This document shows positions 1 to 13,204 of a stretch of DNA of 64,000 nucleotides, in pieces; position 1 is the first letter of the stretch; each line of letters begins with the position of its first letter. The stretch spans positions 335,234,001 through 335,298,000 of the forward strand of contig OZ024742.1 in the NCBI GenBank assembly GCA_964016885.1. Reading direction: 5' to 3'. The position numbers and the translations under genes were made by a program. The notes beneath the pieces are model-generated. The model was given only the letters and a program-made list of their open reading frames with translations, had not been told where the DNA came from and did no database searches. The stretch is from Eledone cirrhosa (lineage: Eukaryota).

Positions 1-52
1 CTGAACATGACACTACATAATTGAGGAGCGAACTCTTTAACCCCACGGCCAT
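1..52 (-). mobile_element. tRNA-derived SINE head (partial, runs off window)
   Basis: Reverse complement reads ATGGCCGTGGGGTTAAAGAGTTCGC..., an A-box-like head similar to the SINE heads at 13803 and 33982. Confidence 0.55.
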
Positions 53-185
53 ATCTGTATCTATAATATATATACCTACACAGCCACACACGCATATACA
101 TGTATATGGGGTAATATGTGTAGGTATAATTATAAATATGTGTCAGTGTGAGTGTGTGTGTGTTTGTGTATGTTTGTGTGTGAGT

Positions 186-315
186 CCTGTGTTCAATCGG
201 CGGTAAATATAGTTAGTAAGGTACTCAATACATTAGTAGGATGTAAACGGTTTCATTGAAAAGGGAAACCCTGACGATTTATTTTGAATGAAACAGTTCT
301 AATCCTGTTGAAACC

Positions 316-318
<3 letters not shown>
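186..318. mobile_element. Short PLE pseudo-LTR remnant with degenerate hammerhead
   Basis: CTGACGA...GAAACAGTTCTAATCCTGT at 271-308; tail GTATTGAGTACCTTAC on the minus strand; clear homologue of 15002-15190. Confidence 0.6.
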
Positions 319-401
<83 letters not shown>

Positions 402-404
402 TTC

Positions 405-1483
405 TTAAAATAACAGATTAAAGTTTAAGCAAAGAATCGCTGCTTTCACCCTTAACGGGATCTTACTTATTTGCATAGGTAAGTATATATTACCCGTATG
501 TTTTGGGAAGGTACGTATACCTTCCCGTACGTATATTTGATTGTTATGGCGTATAATTTTTATATATTCTGGTACATATGATTTGGCTATGTGTATACGG
601 GAGTTTTGCGTCTGTGTGAGTATGCAGGTTCGTACGTATGGTGGGTGTGTGTATATGTGTACTTCATGTTTTAGTTGACTTACGCCTCCGAACATTCGTG
701 TATTTATATGTAGGTATATGTGTGCGCTTGTTATATACGTATTTATTTATTTATATACGTTTCTATAATTATTTATTTATTTGTATACACGCATACACAC
801 ACACACATATTTATATGTGCGTGCTTTTGTATACCTATGGTAAGTTTTTGCGTATGCTTGTGAATGTACGTATTTGTTTGCGTGTATGTATTTATTTATT
901 TATATTACTTCTGTATTATATTTATTTACTTTGTTCTTAACTCTGTAGCGGAGATCCATTTGATCTCCTAGTTAGAATTTTTGTCTACGACTTCTGCTAT
1001 ACCATTTACGTGGTTTTGTCTTTGCGTGCTAGTGTTCTCCACGGTCCACATATGACGTATTATCTTCGTTTTTTCGCTAAATGCCAGAGAACGCTTCTAT
1101 GCACCACCTAAGAGAACATTAGTCTACGACCTCTTTAATACCATAAACGTGGTTCTGTCTTTGCGCGTAATTGTTTTTCACCGCTCCTATTAATGACGTA
1201 TTATTCGTTTTTTCCCGTTCTTTGACAGCGAACGTCACCATGAACCAAAGTATCGTCTTCCTGTCTTCCTCCGGTTGCAACGTTTTTTGAAATATCCACT
1301 TCTGCGTTTACAGATTGACTTTGTTAGTTTCAGAAGATCCCGTTAAGGGTGAAAGCAGCGATTCTTTGCTTAAACTTTAATCTGTTATTTTAATAAATAT
1401 TTGCTCTACGGTTCTTATATATTTGATATATATGTATCCTTATCGAGCCCTCTTTGGATTTTAGTCTTCAAATTTATTATTAT

Positions 1484-1488
<5 letters not shown>
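405..1488 (+). mobile_element. Non-coding 3' part of a Penelope-like element with partial inverted pLTR
   Basis: 405-464 is the reverse complement of 1334-1393; hammerhead fold at 1326-1376; flanked by (TA)n; near-identical 3' end at 60179-60356 (minus). Confidence 0.7.
1326..1376 (+). ncRNA. Type I hammerhead ribozyme, variant core CAGAAGA
   Basis: Stem I AGTTT/AAACT, core CAGAAGA, stem II CCC/GGG, GAAA, stem III AGCAG/TTGCT, CUU triplet. Confidence 0.65.
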
Positions 1489-1520
<32 letters not shown>

Positions 1521-1521
<1 letters not shown>

Positions 1522-1720
1522 CCAAAGATTAATATGGTTCATTGATTACTCAATGAATACAGTTTTACAATAGATTAAAAGCACTCAACAATAAAGTTTT
1601 CCTGGAGATTTTAATATTATTCAAAATATTAACAAATGAAGATATTCACATAATCAAAATATAATCAATATATATTTTCATTATGTGAATATCTTCATTT
1701 GTTAATATTTTGAATAATAT
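1521..1720. mobile_element. Mini foldback insert (hairpin 1614-1720) in (TA)n, probable PLE 3' end
   Basis: Near-perfect inverted arms of about 50 bp; AAAGCACTCAACAA resembles the PLE tail AAAGCACTCGACAA at about 22902. Confidence 0.5.
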
Positions 1721-1732
1721 ATATATATATGT

Positions 1733-1799
<67 letters not shown>

Positions 1800-1826
1800 C
1801 ATTTTAGTCTTCAAATATATTATTAT

Positions 1827-1867
<41 letters not shown>

Positions 1868-2634
1868 AACATGTATACAAACATTTTATAATCATACCTA
1901 CACATATTACCGCCATATATATGTATATGTGTATGTGGCTGTGTAGGTATATATATTATACATACAGATATATATATATATGCATTTATATGTGTATATA
2001 TTATATATGTATGTTTGCATAAGTATCATTTTGAATGTACAATCGAGAAAAAGAGTGCTTTATACACACACACACACACACACACGCACGCACACGCACA
2101 CACACACACACAGAGACACATAAATAATATAAAGTCATAAGTTAAACAAATGTGGCATTGTGATTACGCAGGATTTGTAACACGTGTGACAAACGTGTCA
2201 CATTTTTACTCAAATTGATAAAAAAATAATGGCGGAAAATTAAGACGTCGAGAATTTTCTGAGAAAGACAAATGGATAGAGTGTTCTAGAAACCTAGATT
2301 CTTTAGGGTTTTTTGCTTTTGTTTTGGGGCGTAAATCTCTGTGTTTGTGTATAACTGTGTTTACATTCTTTTATTCTTTCTTTTTTTTTTTTTTTTTACT
2401 GTTACTTTGAATTTCGCGGATTGCTCTGATCACCCAACTCTTGAGTGAAACTAAGAGTAGCAACAAAGAGTAATCTTAGTAATAAACTAAAGTGGATTTT
2501 AGTCGATCAGATCAACGTAAAGACTTATCTCTTCAAGACTGTTACTTATTTTGTCGAATTCCTCTTAGGGAAACTTGAGCTTTTGAATTTCAAGGCATTT
2601 TCCAGGGTGAGTGATCGATATTAGATTACCTACA

Positions 2635-2797
2635 CTGGCAGAATAGAATAGTTCTGAGTTCAAATCCCAACGAGGTTACCGTTGCCTTTTATCCTTACAG
2701 GGTCGATAAAATAAAGTGCCAGTAATGCACTAGGGTCGATTTAATCGATATTTCCCCTCCCCCAAATTTCTCGCCTTGTGGCAAATGTAGAAACAAC

Positions 2798-2863
<66 letters not shown>

Positions 2864-3335
2864 AGGAGGTTGATTGGCAGTATCGGTAGAGGGTCGGACT
2901 CCATGCTTTGAAGTATAGAGTTACCCCCCTGTATGATCTGAGTTAAAATCCCGCCGAGGTTAACTTTGCCTTTCATCCTTACAGGGTCGATAAAATAAAG
3001 TACCAGTAATGCACTGGATAATTGCTGGCCTTGTGCCAAAAAGTAGAAACAATTATTATTATTATTAAAAATGCGGTGGATCGGCAGTATCTTCAGAACG
3101 TCAGATAACATGCTTTGTGACTTTGTGGCATATAGTTACGTCCCTTTGCGTTCTGAGTTCAAATCTCGCCGAGGTTAGCTTTGCCTCTCATCCTTATGGA
3201 GTCTATACAATAAAGTACCAGTAACGCACTGGGGGTGTTGATTTAATCGACTTTCCCCTCCTCCAAAATTGTTGGCCTCGTTTCACCGCCCCCAAATTAC
3301 TGGCCTTGTGCCTATACTAGAAACCATTATTATTA
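2635..3335 (+). mobile_element. Three tandem tRNA-derived SINE copies with (ATT)n tails
   Basis: Repeated GAGTTCAAATCCC B-box + TTGCCTTTCATCC + GTCGATAAAATAAAGTACCAG at about 2635, 2862 and 3070; same family at 38215, 53676 and 54050(-). Confidence 0.85.
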
Positions 3336-3439
3336 TTAAGAATATTGCCATTAATACAAGCACCATTACGGCTGCTAGTAACAACAGCAACAACAGCAAC
3401 AGCAACAACAATGGCAGAATCAACAGGAGCAGTAATGCT

Positions 3440-6400
3440 GGCGGTGGTGGTAGTGACGGTGGTGGCAGTGGCGGTGGTGGTAGTGGCGGTGGTGGTAGTG
3501 GCGGTGGTGGTAGTGGCGGTGGTGGTAGTGGCGGTGGTGGTAGTGGCGGTGGTGGTAGTGACGGTGGTGGTAGTGACGGTGGTGATAGTGGCGGTGGTGG
3601 TAGTGGCGGTGGTGGTAGTGGCGGTGGTGGCAGTAGCGGTGGTGGTAGTGGCGGTGGTGGTAGTGGCGGTGGTGGTAGTGGCGGTGGTGGTAGTGGCGGT
3701 GGTGGTGGTGGTGGTGGTGGTAGTGACGGTGGTGATAGTGGCGGTGGTGGTAGTGGCGGTGGTGGTAGTGGCGGTGGTGGTAGTGGCGGTGGTGGTAGTG
3801 GCGGTGGTGGTAGTGACGGTGGTGGTAGTGACGGTGGTGATAGTGGCGGTGGTGATAGTGGCGGTGGTGGTAGTGGCGGTGGTGGTAGTGGCGGTGGTGG
3901 TAGTGGCGGTGGTGGTAGTGACGGTGGTGGTAGTGACGGTGGTGATAGTGGCGGTGGTGGTAGTGGCGGTGGTGGTAGTGGCGGTGGTGGTAGTGGCGGT
4001 GGTGGTAGTGACGGTGGTGGTAGTGACGGTGGTGATAGTGGCGGTGGTGGTAGTGGCGGTGGTGGTAGTGGCGGTGGTGGTAGTGGCGGTGGTGGTAGTG
4101 GCGGTGGTGGTAGTGGCGGTGGTGGTAGTGACGGTGGTGGTAGTGACGGTGGTGATAGTGGCGGTGGTGGTAGTGGCGGTGGTGGTAGTGGCGGTGGTGG
4201 TAGTGGCGGTGGTGGTAGTGACGGTGATGGTAGTGGTAGTGGCGGTGGTGGTAGTGGCGGTGATGGCAGTAGCGGTGGTGGTAGTGACGGTGATGGTAGT
4301 GGCGGTGGTGGTAGTGGCGGTGGTGGTAGTGGCGGTGGTGGTAGTGGCGGTGGTGGTAGTGGCGGTGGTGGTAGTGGCGGTGGTGGCAGTAGCGGTGGTG
4401 GTAGTGACGGTGGTGGTAGTGGCGGTGGTGGTAGTGGCGGTGGTGGTAGTGGCGGTGGTGGCAGTAGCGGTGGTGGTAGTGACGGTGGTGGTAGTGGCGG
4501 TGGTGGTAGTGGCGGTGGTGGTAGTGGCGGTGGTGGTAGTGGCGGTGGTGGTAGTGGCGGTGGTGGTAGTGGCGGTGGTGGTAGTGGCGGTGGTGGTAGT
4601 GGCGGTGGTGGTAGTGACGGTGGTGGTAGTGACGGTGGTGATAGTGGCGGTGGTGGTAGTGGCGGTGGTGGTAGTGGCGGTGGTGGCAGTAGCGGTGATG
4701 GTAGTGACGGTGGTGGTAGTGACGGTGGTGGTGGTGATGGTAGTGACGGTGGTGGTAGTGGCGGTGGTGGTAGTGGCGGTGATGGTAGTGGCGGTGGTGG
4801 TAGTGATGGTGGTGGTAGTGGCGGTGGTGGTAGTGGCGGTGGTGGTAGTGGCGGTGGTGGTAGTGACGGTGGTGGTAGTGGCGGTGGTGGTAGTGGCGGT
4901 GGTGGTAGTGGCGGTGGTGTTGGTAGTGGCGGTGGTGGTAGTGGCGGTGCTGGCAGTGGCGGTGGTGGCGGTGGTGGTAGTGGCGGTGGTGGTAGTGGCG
5001 GTGGTGGTAGTGGCGGTGGTGGCGGTGGTGGTAGTGGCGGTGGTGGTAGTGGCGGTGGTGGTAGTGACGGTGGTGGTAGTGACGGTGGTGATAGTGGCGG
5101 TGGTGGTAGTGGCGGTGGTGGTAGTGACGGTGGTGGTAGTGGCGGTGGTGGTAGTGGCGGTGGTGGTAGTGGCGGTGGTGGTAGTGGCGGTGGTGGTAGT
5201 GGCGGTGGTGGTAGTGGCGGTGGTGGCAGTGGCGGTGGTGGTAGTGGCGGTGGTGGTAGTGGCGGTGGTGGTAGTGGCGGTGGTGGTAGTGGCGGTGGTG
5301 TTGGTAGTGGCGGTGGTGGTAGTGGCGGTGCTGGCAGTGGTGGTGGTGGCAGTGGCGGTGGTGGTAGTGGCGGTGGTGGTAGTGGCGGTGGTGGTAGTCG
5401 CGGTGGTGGTAGTGGCGGTGGTGGCGGTGGTGGTAGTGGCGGTGGTGGTAGTGGCGGTGGTGGTAGTGGCGGTGGTGGTAGTGGCGGTGGTGGTAGTGGC
5501 GGTGGTGGCAGTAGCGGTGGTGGTAGTGGCGGTGGTGGTAGTGGCGGTGGTGTTGGTAGTGGCGGTGGTGGTAGTGGCGGTGGTGGCAGTAGCGGTGGTG
5601 GTAGTGGCGGTGGTGCTAGTGGCGGTGGTGGTAGTGGCGGTGGTGGTAGTGGCGGTGGTGGTAGTGGCGGTGCTGGTAGTGGCGGTGGTGGTAGTGGCGG
5701 TGGTGGCAGTAGCGGTGGTGGTAGTGGCGGTGGTGGTAGTGGCGGTGGTGGTAGTGGCGGTGATGGCAGTAGCGGTGGTGGTGGTGGTAGTGGCGGTGGT
5801 GGCAGTAGCGGTGGTGGTAGTGACGGTGGTGGTAGTGGCGGTGGTGGTAGTGGCGGTGGTGGTAGTGGCGGTGGTGGTAGTGGCGGTGGTGGTAGTGACG
5901 GTGGTGGTAGTGACGGTGGTGATAGTGGCGGTGGTGGTAGTGGCGGTGGTGGTAGTGGCGGTGGTGGTAGTGGCGGTGGTGGTAGTGACGGTGATGGTAG
6001 TGGTAGTGGCGGTGGTGGTAGTGGCGGTGATGGCAGTAGCGGTGGTGGTAGTGACGGTGATGGTAGTGGCGGTGGTGGTAGTGGCGGTGGTGGTAGTGGC
6101 GGTGGTGGTAGTGGCGGTGGTGGTAGTGGCGGTGGTGGTAGTGGCGGTGGTGGCAGTAGCGGTGGTGGTAGTGACGGTGGTGGTAGTGGCGGTGGTGGTA
6201 GTGGCGGTGGTGGTAGTGGCGGTGATGGTAGTGGCGGTGGTGGTAGTGGCGGTGGTGGTAGTGGCGGTGGTGGTAGTGGCGGTGGTGGTAGTGGCGGTGG
6301 TGGTAGTGACGGTGGTGGTAGTGGCGGTGGTGGTAGTGGCGGTGGTGGTAGTGGCGGTGGTGGTAGTGGCGGTGGTGGTAGTGGCGGTGGTGGTAGTGGC

Positions 6401-9400
6401 GGTGGTGGTAGTGGCGGTGGTGGTAGTGGCGGTGGTGGTAGTGGCGGTGGTGGCAGTAGCGGTGATGGTAGTGACGGTGGTGGTAGTGACGGTGGTGGTG
6501 GTGATGGTAGTGACGGTGGTGGTAGTGGCGGTGGTGGTAGTGGCGGTGGTGGTAGTGGCGGTGGTGGTAGTGGCGGTGGTGGTAGTGGCGGTGGTGGTAG
6601 TGACGGTGGTGGTAGTGACGGTGGTGGTAGTGGCGGTGGTGGTAGTGGCGGTGGTGGTAGTGGCGGTGGTGGTAGTGACGGTGGTGGTAGTGACGGTGGT
6701 GATAGTGGCGGTGGTGGTAGTGGCGGTGGTGGTAGTGGCGGTGGTGGCAGTAGCGGTGATGGTAGTGACGGTGGTGGTAGTGACGGTGGTGGTGGTGATG
6801 GTAGTGACGGTGGTGGTAGTGGCGGTGGTGGTAGTGGCGATGATGGTAGTGGCGGTGGTGGTAGTGACGGTGGTGGTAGTGGCGGTGGTGGTAGTGGCGG
6901 TGGTGGTAGTGGCGGTGGTGGTAGTGACGGTGGTGGTAGTGGCGGTGGTGGTAGTGGCGGTGGTGGTAGTGGCGGTGGTGTTGGTAGTGGCGGTGGTGGT
7001 AGTGGCGGTGCTGGCAGTGGCGGTGGTGGCGGTGGTGGTAGTGGCGGTGGTGGTAGTGGCGGTGGTGGTAGTGGCGGTGGTGGCGGTGGTGGTAGTGGCG
7101 GTGGTGGTAGTGGCGGTGGTGGTAGTGGCGGTGGTGGTAGTGGCGGTGGTGGTAGTGACGGTGGTGGTAGTGACGGTGGTGATAGTGGCGGTGGTGGTAG
7201 TGGCGGTGGTGGTAGTGACGGTGGTGGTAGTGGCGGTGGTGGTAGTGGCGGTGGTGGTAGTGGCGGTGGTGGTAGTGGCGGTGGTGGTAGTGGCGGTGGT
7301 GGTAGTGGCGGTGGTGGCAGTGGCGGTGGTGGTAGTGGCGGTGGTGGTAGTGGCGGTGGTGGTAGTGGCGGTGGTGGTAGTGGCGGTGGTGTTGGTAGTG
7401 GCGGTGGTGGTAGTGGCGGTGCTGGCAGTGGTGGTGGTGGCAGTGGCGGTGGTGGTAGTGGCGGTGGTGGTAGTGGCGGTGGTGGTAGTGGCGGTGGTGG
7501 TAGTGGCGGTGGTGGCGGTGGTGGTAGTGGCGGTGGTGGTAGTGGCGGTGGTGGTAGTGGCGGTGGTGGTAGTGGCGGTGGTGGTAGTGGCGGTGGTGGT
7601 AGTGGCGGTGGTGGTAGTGGCGGTGGTGGTAGTGGCGGTGGTGGTAGTGGCGGTGGTGGCAGTAGCGGTGGTGGTAGTGACGGTGGTGGTAGTGGCGGTG
7701 GTGGTAGTGGCGGTGGTGTTAGTGGCGGTGGTGGCAGTAGCGGTGGTGGTAGTGACGGTGGTGGTAGTGGCGGTGGTGGTAGTGGCGGTGGTGGTAGTGG
7801 CGGTGGTGGTAGTGGCGGTGGTGGTAGTGGCGGTGGTGGTATTGGCGGTGGTGGTAGTGGCGGTGGTGGTAGTGGCGGTGGTGGTAGTGACGGTGGTGGT
7901 AGTGGCGGTGGTGGTAGTGGCGGTGGTGGTAGTGGCGGTGGTGTTGGTAGTGGCGGTGGTGGTAGTGGCGGTGCTGGCAGTGGCGGTGGTGGCGGTGGTG
8001 GTAGTGGCGGTGGTGGTAGTGGCGGTGGTGGTAGTGGCGGTGGTGGCGGTGGTGGTAGTGGCGGTGGTGGTAGTGGCGGTGGTGGTAGTGGCGGTGGTGG
8101 TAGTGGCGGTGGTGGTAGTGACGGTGGTGGTAGTGACGGTGGTGATAGTGGCGGTGGTGGTAGTGGCGGTGGTGGTAGTGACGGTGGTGGTAGTGGCGGT
8201 GGTGGTAGTGGCGGTGGTGGTAGTGGCGGTGGTGGTAGTGGCGGTGGTGGTAGTGGCGGTGGTGGTAGTGGCGGTGGTGGCAGTGGCGGTGGTGGTAGTG
8301 GCGGTGGTGGTAGTGGCGGTGGTGGTAGTGGCGGTGGTGGTAGTGGCGGTGGTGTTGGTAGTGGCGGTGGTGGTAGTGGCGGTGCTGGCAGTGGTGGTGG
8401 TGGCAGTGGCGGTGGTGGTAGTGGCGGTGGTGGTAGTGGCGGTGGTGGTAGTGGCGGTGGTGGTAGTGGCGGTGGTGGCGGTGGTGGTAGTGGCGGTGGT
8501 GGTAGTGGCGGTGGTGGTAGTGGCGGTGGTGGTAGTGGCGGTGGTGGTAGTGGCGGTGGTGGTAGTGGCGGTGGTGGTAGTGGCGGTGGTGGTAGTGGCG
8601 GTGGTGGTAGTGGCGGTGGTGGCAGTAGCGGTGGTGGTAGTGACGGTGGTGGTAGTGGCGGTGGTGGTAGTGGCGGTGGTGTTAGTGGCGGTGGTGGCAG
8701 TAGCGGTGGTGGTAGTGACGGTGGTGGTAGTGGCGGTGGTGGTAGTGGCGGTGGTGGTAGTGGCGGTGGTGGTAGTGGCGGTGGTGGTAGTGGCGGTGGT
8801 GGTAGTGGCGGTGGTGGTAGTGGCGGTGGTGGTAGTGGCGGTGGTGGTAGTGACGGTGGTGGTAGTGACGGTGGTGATAGTGGCGGTGGTGGTAGTGGCG
8901 GTGTTGGTAGTGGCGGTGGTGGCAGTAGCGGTGATGGTAGTGACGGTGGTGGTAGTGACGGTGGTGGTGGTGATGGTAGTGACGGTGGTGGTAGTGGCGG
9001 TGGTGGTAGTGGCGGTGATGGTAGTGGCGGTGGTGGTAGTGACGGTGGTGGTAGTGGCGGTGGTGGTAGTGGCGGTGGTGGTAGTGGCGGTGGTGGTAGT
9101 GACGGTGGTGGTAGTGGCGGTGGTGGTAGTGGCGGTGGTGGTAGTGGCGGTGGTGTTGGTAGTGGCGGTGGTGGTAGTGGCGGTGCTGGCAGTGGCGGTG
9201 GTGGCGGTGGTGGTAGTGGCGGTGGTGGTAGTGGCGGTGGTGGTAGTGGCGGTGGTGGCGGTGGTGGTAGTGGCGGTGGTGGTAGTGGCGGTGGTGGTAG
9301 TGGCGGTGGTGGTAGTGGCGGTGGTGGTAGTGGCGGTGGTGGTAGTGACGGTGGTGGTAGTGACGGTGGTGATAGTGGCGGTGGTGGTTGTGGCGGTGGT

Positions 9401-10390
9401 GGTAGTGACGGTGGTGGTAGTGGCGGTGGTGGTAGTGGCGGTGGTGGTAGTGGCGGTGGTGGTAGTGGCGGTGGTGGTAGTGGCGGTGGTGGTAGTGGCG
9501 GTGGTGGCAGTGGCGGTGGTGGTAGTGGCGGTGGTGGTAGTGGCGGTGGTGGTAGTGGCGGTGGTGGTAGTGGCGGTGGTGTTGGTAGTGGCGGTGGTGG
9601 TAGTGGCGGTGCTGGCAGTGGTGGTGGTGGCAGTGGCGGTGGTGGTAGTGGCGGTGGTGGTAGTGGCGGTGGTGGTAGTGGCGGTGGTGGTAGTGGCGGT
9701 GGTGGCGGTGGTGGTAGTGGCGGTGGTGGTAGTGGCGGTGGTGGTAGTGGCGGTGGTGGTAGTGGCGGTGGTGGTAGTGGCGGTGGTGGCAGTAGCGGTG
9801 GTGGTAGTGGCGGTGGTGGTAGTGGCGGTGGTGTTGGTAGTGGCGGTGGTGGTAGTGGCGGTGGTGGCAGTAGCGGTGGTGGTAGTGGCGGTGGTGCTAG
9901 TGGCGGTGGTGGTAGTGGCGGTGGTGGTAGTGGCGGTGGTGGTAGTGGCGGTGCTGGTAGTGGCGGTGGTGGTAGTGGCGGTGGTGGCAGTAGCGGTGGT
10001 GGTAGTGGCGGTGGTGGTAGTGGCGGTGGTGGTAGTGGCGGTGGTGGTAGTGGCGGTGGTGGTAGTGACGGTGGTGGTAGTGGCGGTGGTGGCAGTGGCG
10101 GTGGTGGTAGTGGCGGTGGTGGTAGTGGCGGTGGTGGTGGTAGCAGTGGTGGTGGTGGTTGTGGCGATGGAGGCAGTGGTGGTAGTGGCAGTGGTGGTGG
10201 TGATAGTGGCGGTGGTGGTGGTAGCAGTGGTGGTGGTGGTAGTGGCGATGGAGGCAGTGGTGGTAGTGGCAGTGGTGGTGGTGATAGTGGCGGTGGTGGT
10301 GGTAGCAGTGGTGGTGGTGGTAGTGGCGATGGAGGCAGTGGTGGTAGTGGCAGTGGTGGTGGTGGTAGTGGCGATGGAGGGAGTGGTGAT
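3440..10390. repeat. 7-kb minisatellite, 15-bp unit GGCGGTGGTGGTAGT with higher-order repeats
   Basis: Direct reading; reads (GGGGS)n on + and Pro- or Thr-rich on -; variant markers recur at a 963-bp offset; 81-bp units at the 3' end. Confidence 0.95.
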
Positions 10391-10544
10391 GAGATTATAT
10401 AGAGAAATGTAAATGGTTTGCACCGGAGGGGTGCAGGTAAACCACGCTCTGGCTGCAATAAAGTGCAGTGGAGTGCAAACTGCGATAAGAACTTCCATAT
10501 CAAATTGCTTTAATAAACATATTGCATGTGTCTCAGAGTTAGTC

Positions 10545-11265
10545 TCTGTGTGTGTGTGTGAGTGTGTGTCAGTGTGTAGATATGTATTTATATGCGTGCC
10601 TGTGTATGTGAAGGTCTGTGTATGTGTGTCCATGTATGTGTGTGTTCGTGTATGTGTGTGTGTGCGCGTGTGTGTATGTATGTGTGTATGTATGTGTGTC
10701 CGTGTATGTGTATATGTGTGTGTGTATGTATGTGTGTCCGTATATGTGTATATGTGTGTGTGTATGTATGTGTGTCCGTGTATGTGTATATGTGTGAGTG
10801 TGTAGATATGTATTTATGTGCGTGCCTGTGTATGTGAAGGTCTATGCATGTGTGTCCATGTATGTGTGTATTCGTGTATGTGTGTGTGGGTGTGTGTGTG
10901 TGCGTCCATATGTGTGTGTGTTCGTGTGTGTGTATATGTATGTGTGTCCGTGTGTGTCCGTGTGTGTCCGTGTATGTGTGTGTGAGTGTGTAGATACGTA
11001 TTTATGTACGTGCTTGTGTATGTGAAGGCATGTGCATGTGTGTCCATGTATGTATGTTCGTGTTTGTGTGTGCGTGTGTGTGTGCGTCCACGTATCTGTG
11101 TGTTCGTGTGTGTGTGTATGTATGTGTGTCCGTGTGTGTCCGTGTATGTGTGTGTGTAGATGCGTTTTTATGTGCATGCCTGTGTATGTGAAGGTCTGTG
11201 TTTGTGTGTGTTTGTCGGTGTATGTGTGTGTGTCCGTGTGTGTATGTCCGTGTGTGTGTTTGTAA
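10545..11265. repeat. Degenerate (TG)n-rich tandem repeat
   Basis: TG/TA runs with a recurring ...GTGTATGTGAAGGTC... motif. Confidence 0.85.
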
Positions 11266-11311
11266 GTGAATGAGAATATCTATGCGTCTATGTATATGTT
11301 TTCATGTGTGC

Positions 11312-12396
11312 GTGTATGAATCTCTCTCTATATATATATGTGTGTCTCTGTGTGTGTCTGTGTATGAATCTCTCTCTCTATATATATGTGTGTCTCTGTG
11401 TGTGTCTGTGTATGAATCTCTCTCTCTATATATATGTGTGTCTCTGTGTGTGTCTGTGTATGAATCTCTCTCTATATATATATGTGTGTCTCTGTGTGTG
11501 TCTGTGTATGAATCTCTCTCTCTATATATATGTGTGTGTCTGTGTATGAATCTCTCTCTATATATATATGTGTGTGTCTGTGTATGAATCTCTCTCTATA
11601 TATATATGTGTGTGTCTCTGTGTGTGTCTGTGTATGAATCTCTCTCTATATATATGTGTGTCTGTGTGTGTGTCTGTGTATGAATCTCTCTCTATATATA
11701 TATGTGTGTCTCTGTGTGTGTCTGTGTATGAATCTCTCTCTCTATATATATGTGTGTCTCTGTGTGTGTCTGTGTATGAATCTCTCTCTCTATATATATG
11801 TGTGTGTCTGTGTATGAATCTCTCTCTCTATATATATATGTGTGTGTCTGTGTATGAATCTCTCTCTCTATATATATATGTGTGTCNNNNNNNNNNNNNN
11901 NNNNNNNNNNNNNNNNNNNNNNNNNNNNNNNNNNNNNNNNNNNNNNNNNNNNNNNNNNNNNNNNNNNNNNNNNNNNNNNNNNNNNNNNNNNNNNNNNNNN
12001 NNNNNNNNNNNNNNNNNNNNNNNNNNNNNNNNNNNNNNNNNNNNNNNNNNNNNNNNNNNNNNNNNNNNNNNNNNNNNNNNNNNNNNGTCTCTGTGTGTGT
12101 CTGTGTATGAATCTCTCTCTATATATATATGTGTGTGTCTCTGTGTGTGTCTGTGTATGAATCTCTCTCTCTATATATTATATGTTTGTCTCTGTGTGTG
12201 TCGTGTATGAATCTCTCTCTATATATATATGTGTGTGTCTGTGTATGAATCTCTCTCTATATATATATGTGTGTCTCTGTGTCTTGTGTCTGTGTATGAA
12301 TCTCTCTCTATATATATATGTGTGTCTCTGTGTGTGTCTGTGTATGAATCTCTCTCTATATATATATGTGTGTCTCTGTGTGTGTCTGTGTATGAA
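11312..12396. repeat. ~30-44 bp compound minisatellite (GTGTATGAA-(TC)n-(TA)n-(TG)n) spanning an assembly gap
   Basis: Direct reading; the same unit lies on both sides of the N run. Confidence 0.9.
11887..12086. other. Assembly gap (200 N)
   Basis: N run. Confidence 1.
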
Positions 12397-12531
12397 TATC
12401 TAATTTCACTTGCAAACGTAATACATATATATCTGTTTTCTCTCTCTCCCTCTCCCTCACCCTTTCTCTCACTCTTTCTCTCTCCCCCTCTCTCTCCCTC
12501 CTCTCTCTACCTAATTATCTACCTCTCTTCC

Positions 12532-12574
<43 letters not shown>

Positions 12575-12947
12575 AGTTTATCATCATTGCCATCAAGGTG
12601 GTGTTGGTGGTTTTTTAAGGAGGTAGTAACAATGAGGTTGAAGATGATGATGGTGAAGATGATGTTGACGACGACGATAATGATGACTATGACGATGATG
12701 ATGACTATGGTGGTGGTGATGATGGTGGTGGTGATGATGGTGGTGAAGACGTTCAAGACGTTTTCTCAATTTGATATTTATTGGTAATTTTCAACTTGAT
12801 TACAATTTATTGATTGCTCCACCAGATACATATATATCTGAGTGGGCATATATACATATATATATGTGTGTGTATATATATATGTATATATACATACACA
12901 CACACACATATATATACATATATATATATGTGTGTGTATATATATAT

Positions 12948-13030
<83 letters not shown>

Positions 13031-13031
13031 C

Positions 13032-13062
<31 letters not shown>

Positions 13063-13156
13063 AGTAAGTGTGTTTGTCTCTGTGTGTGTGTGTGTGTGTG
13101 TCTGTGCTTGTGTGTGTCTGTGTGTGTGTGTCTGTGTGTCTGTGTGTGTGTGTGTA

Positions 13157-13204
<48 letters not shown>

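Noticed and set aside
3269-10633. Four ORFs over 2300 aa as genes
   Set aside because: Expected by-product of a stop-free triplet-based repeat; starts fall in a SINE tail or flanking low-complexity DNA; no domain or splice support
11312-12396. CRISPR-like regular repeats
   Set aside because: No unique spacers and no cas genes; a eukaryotic minisatellite
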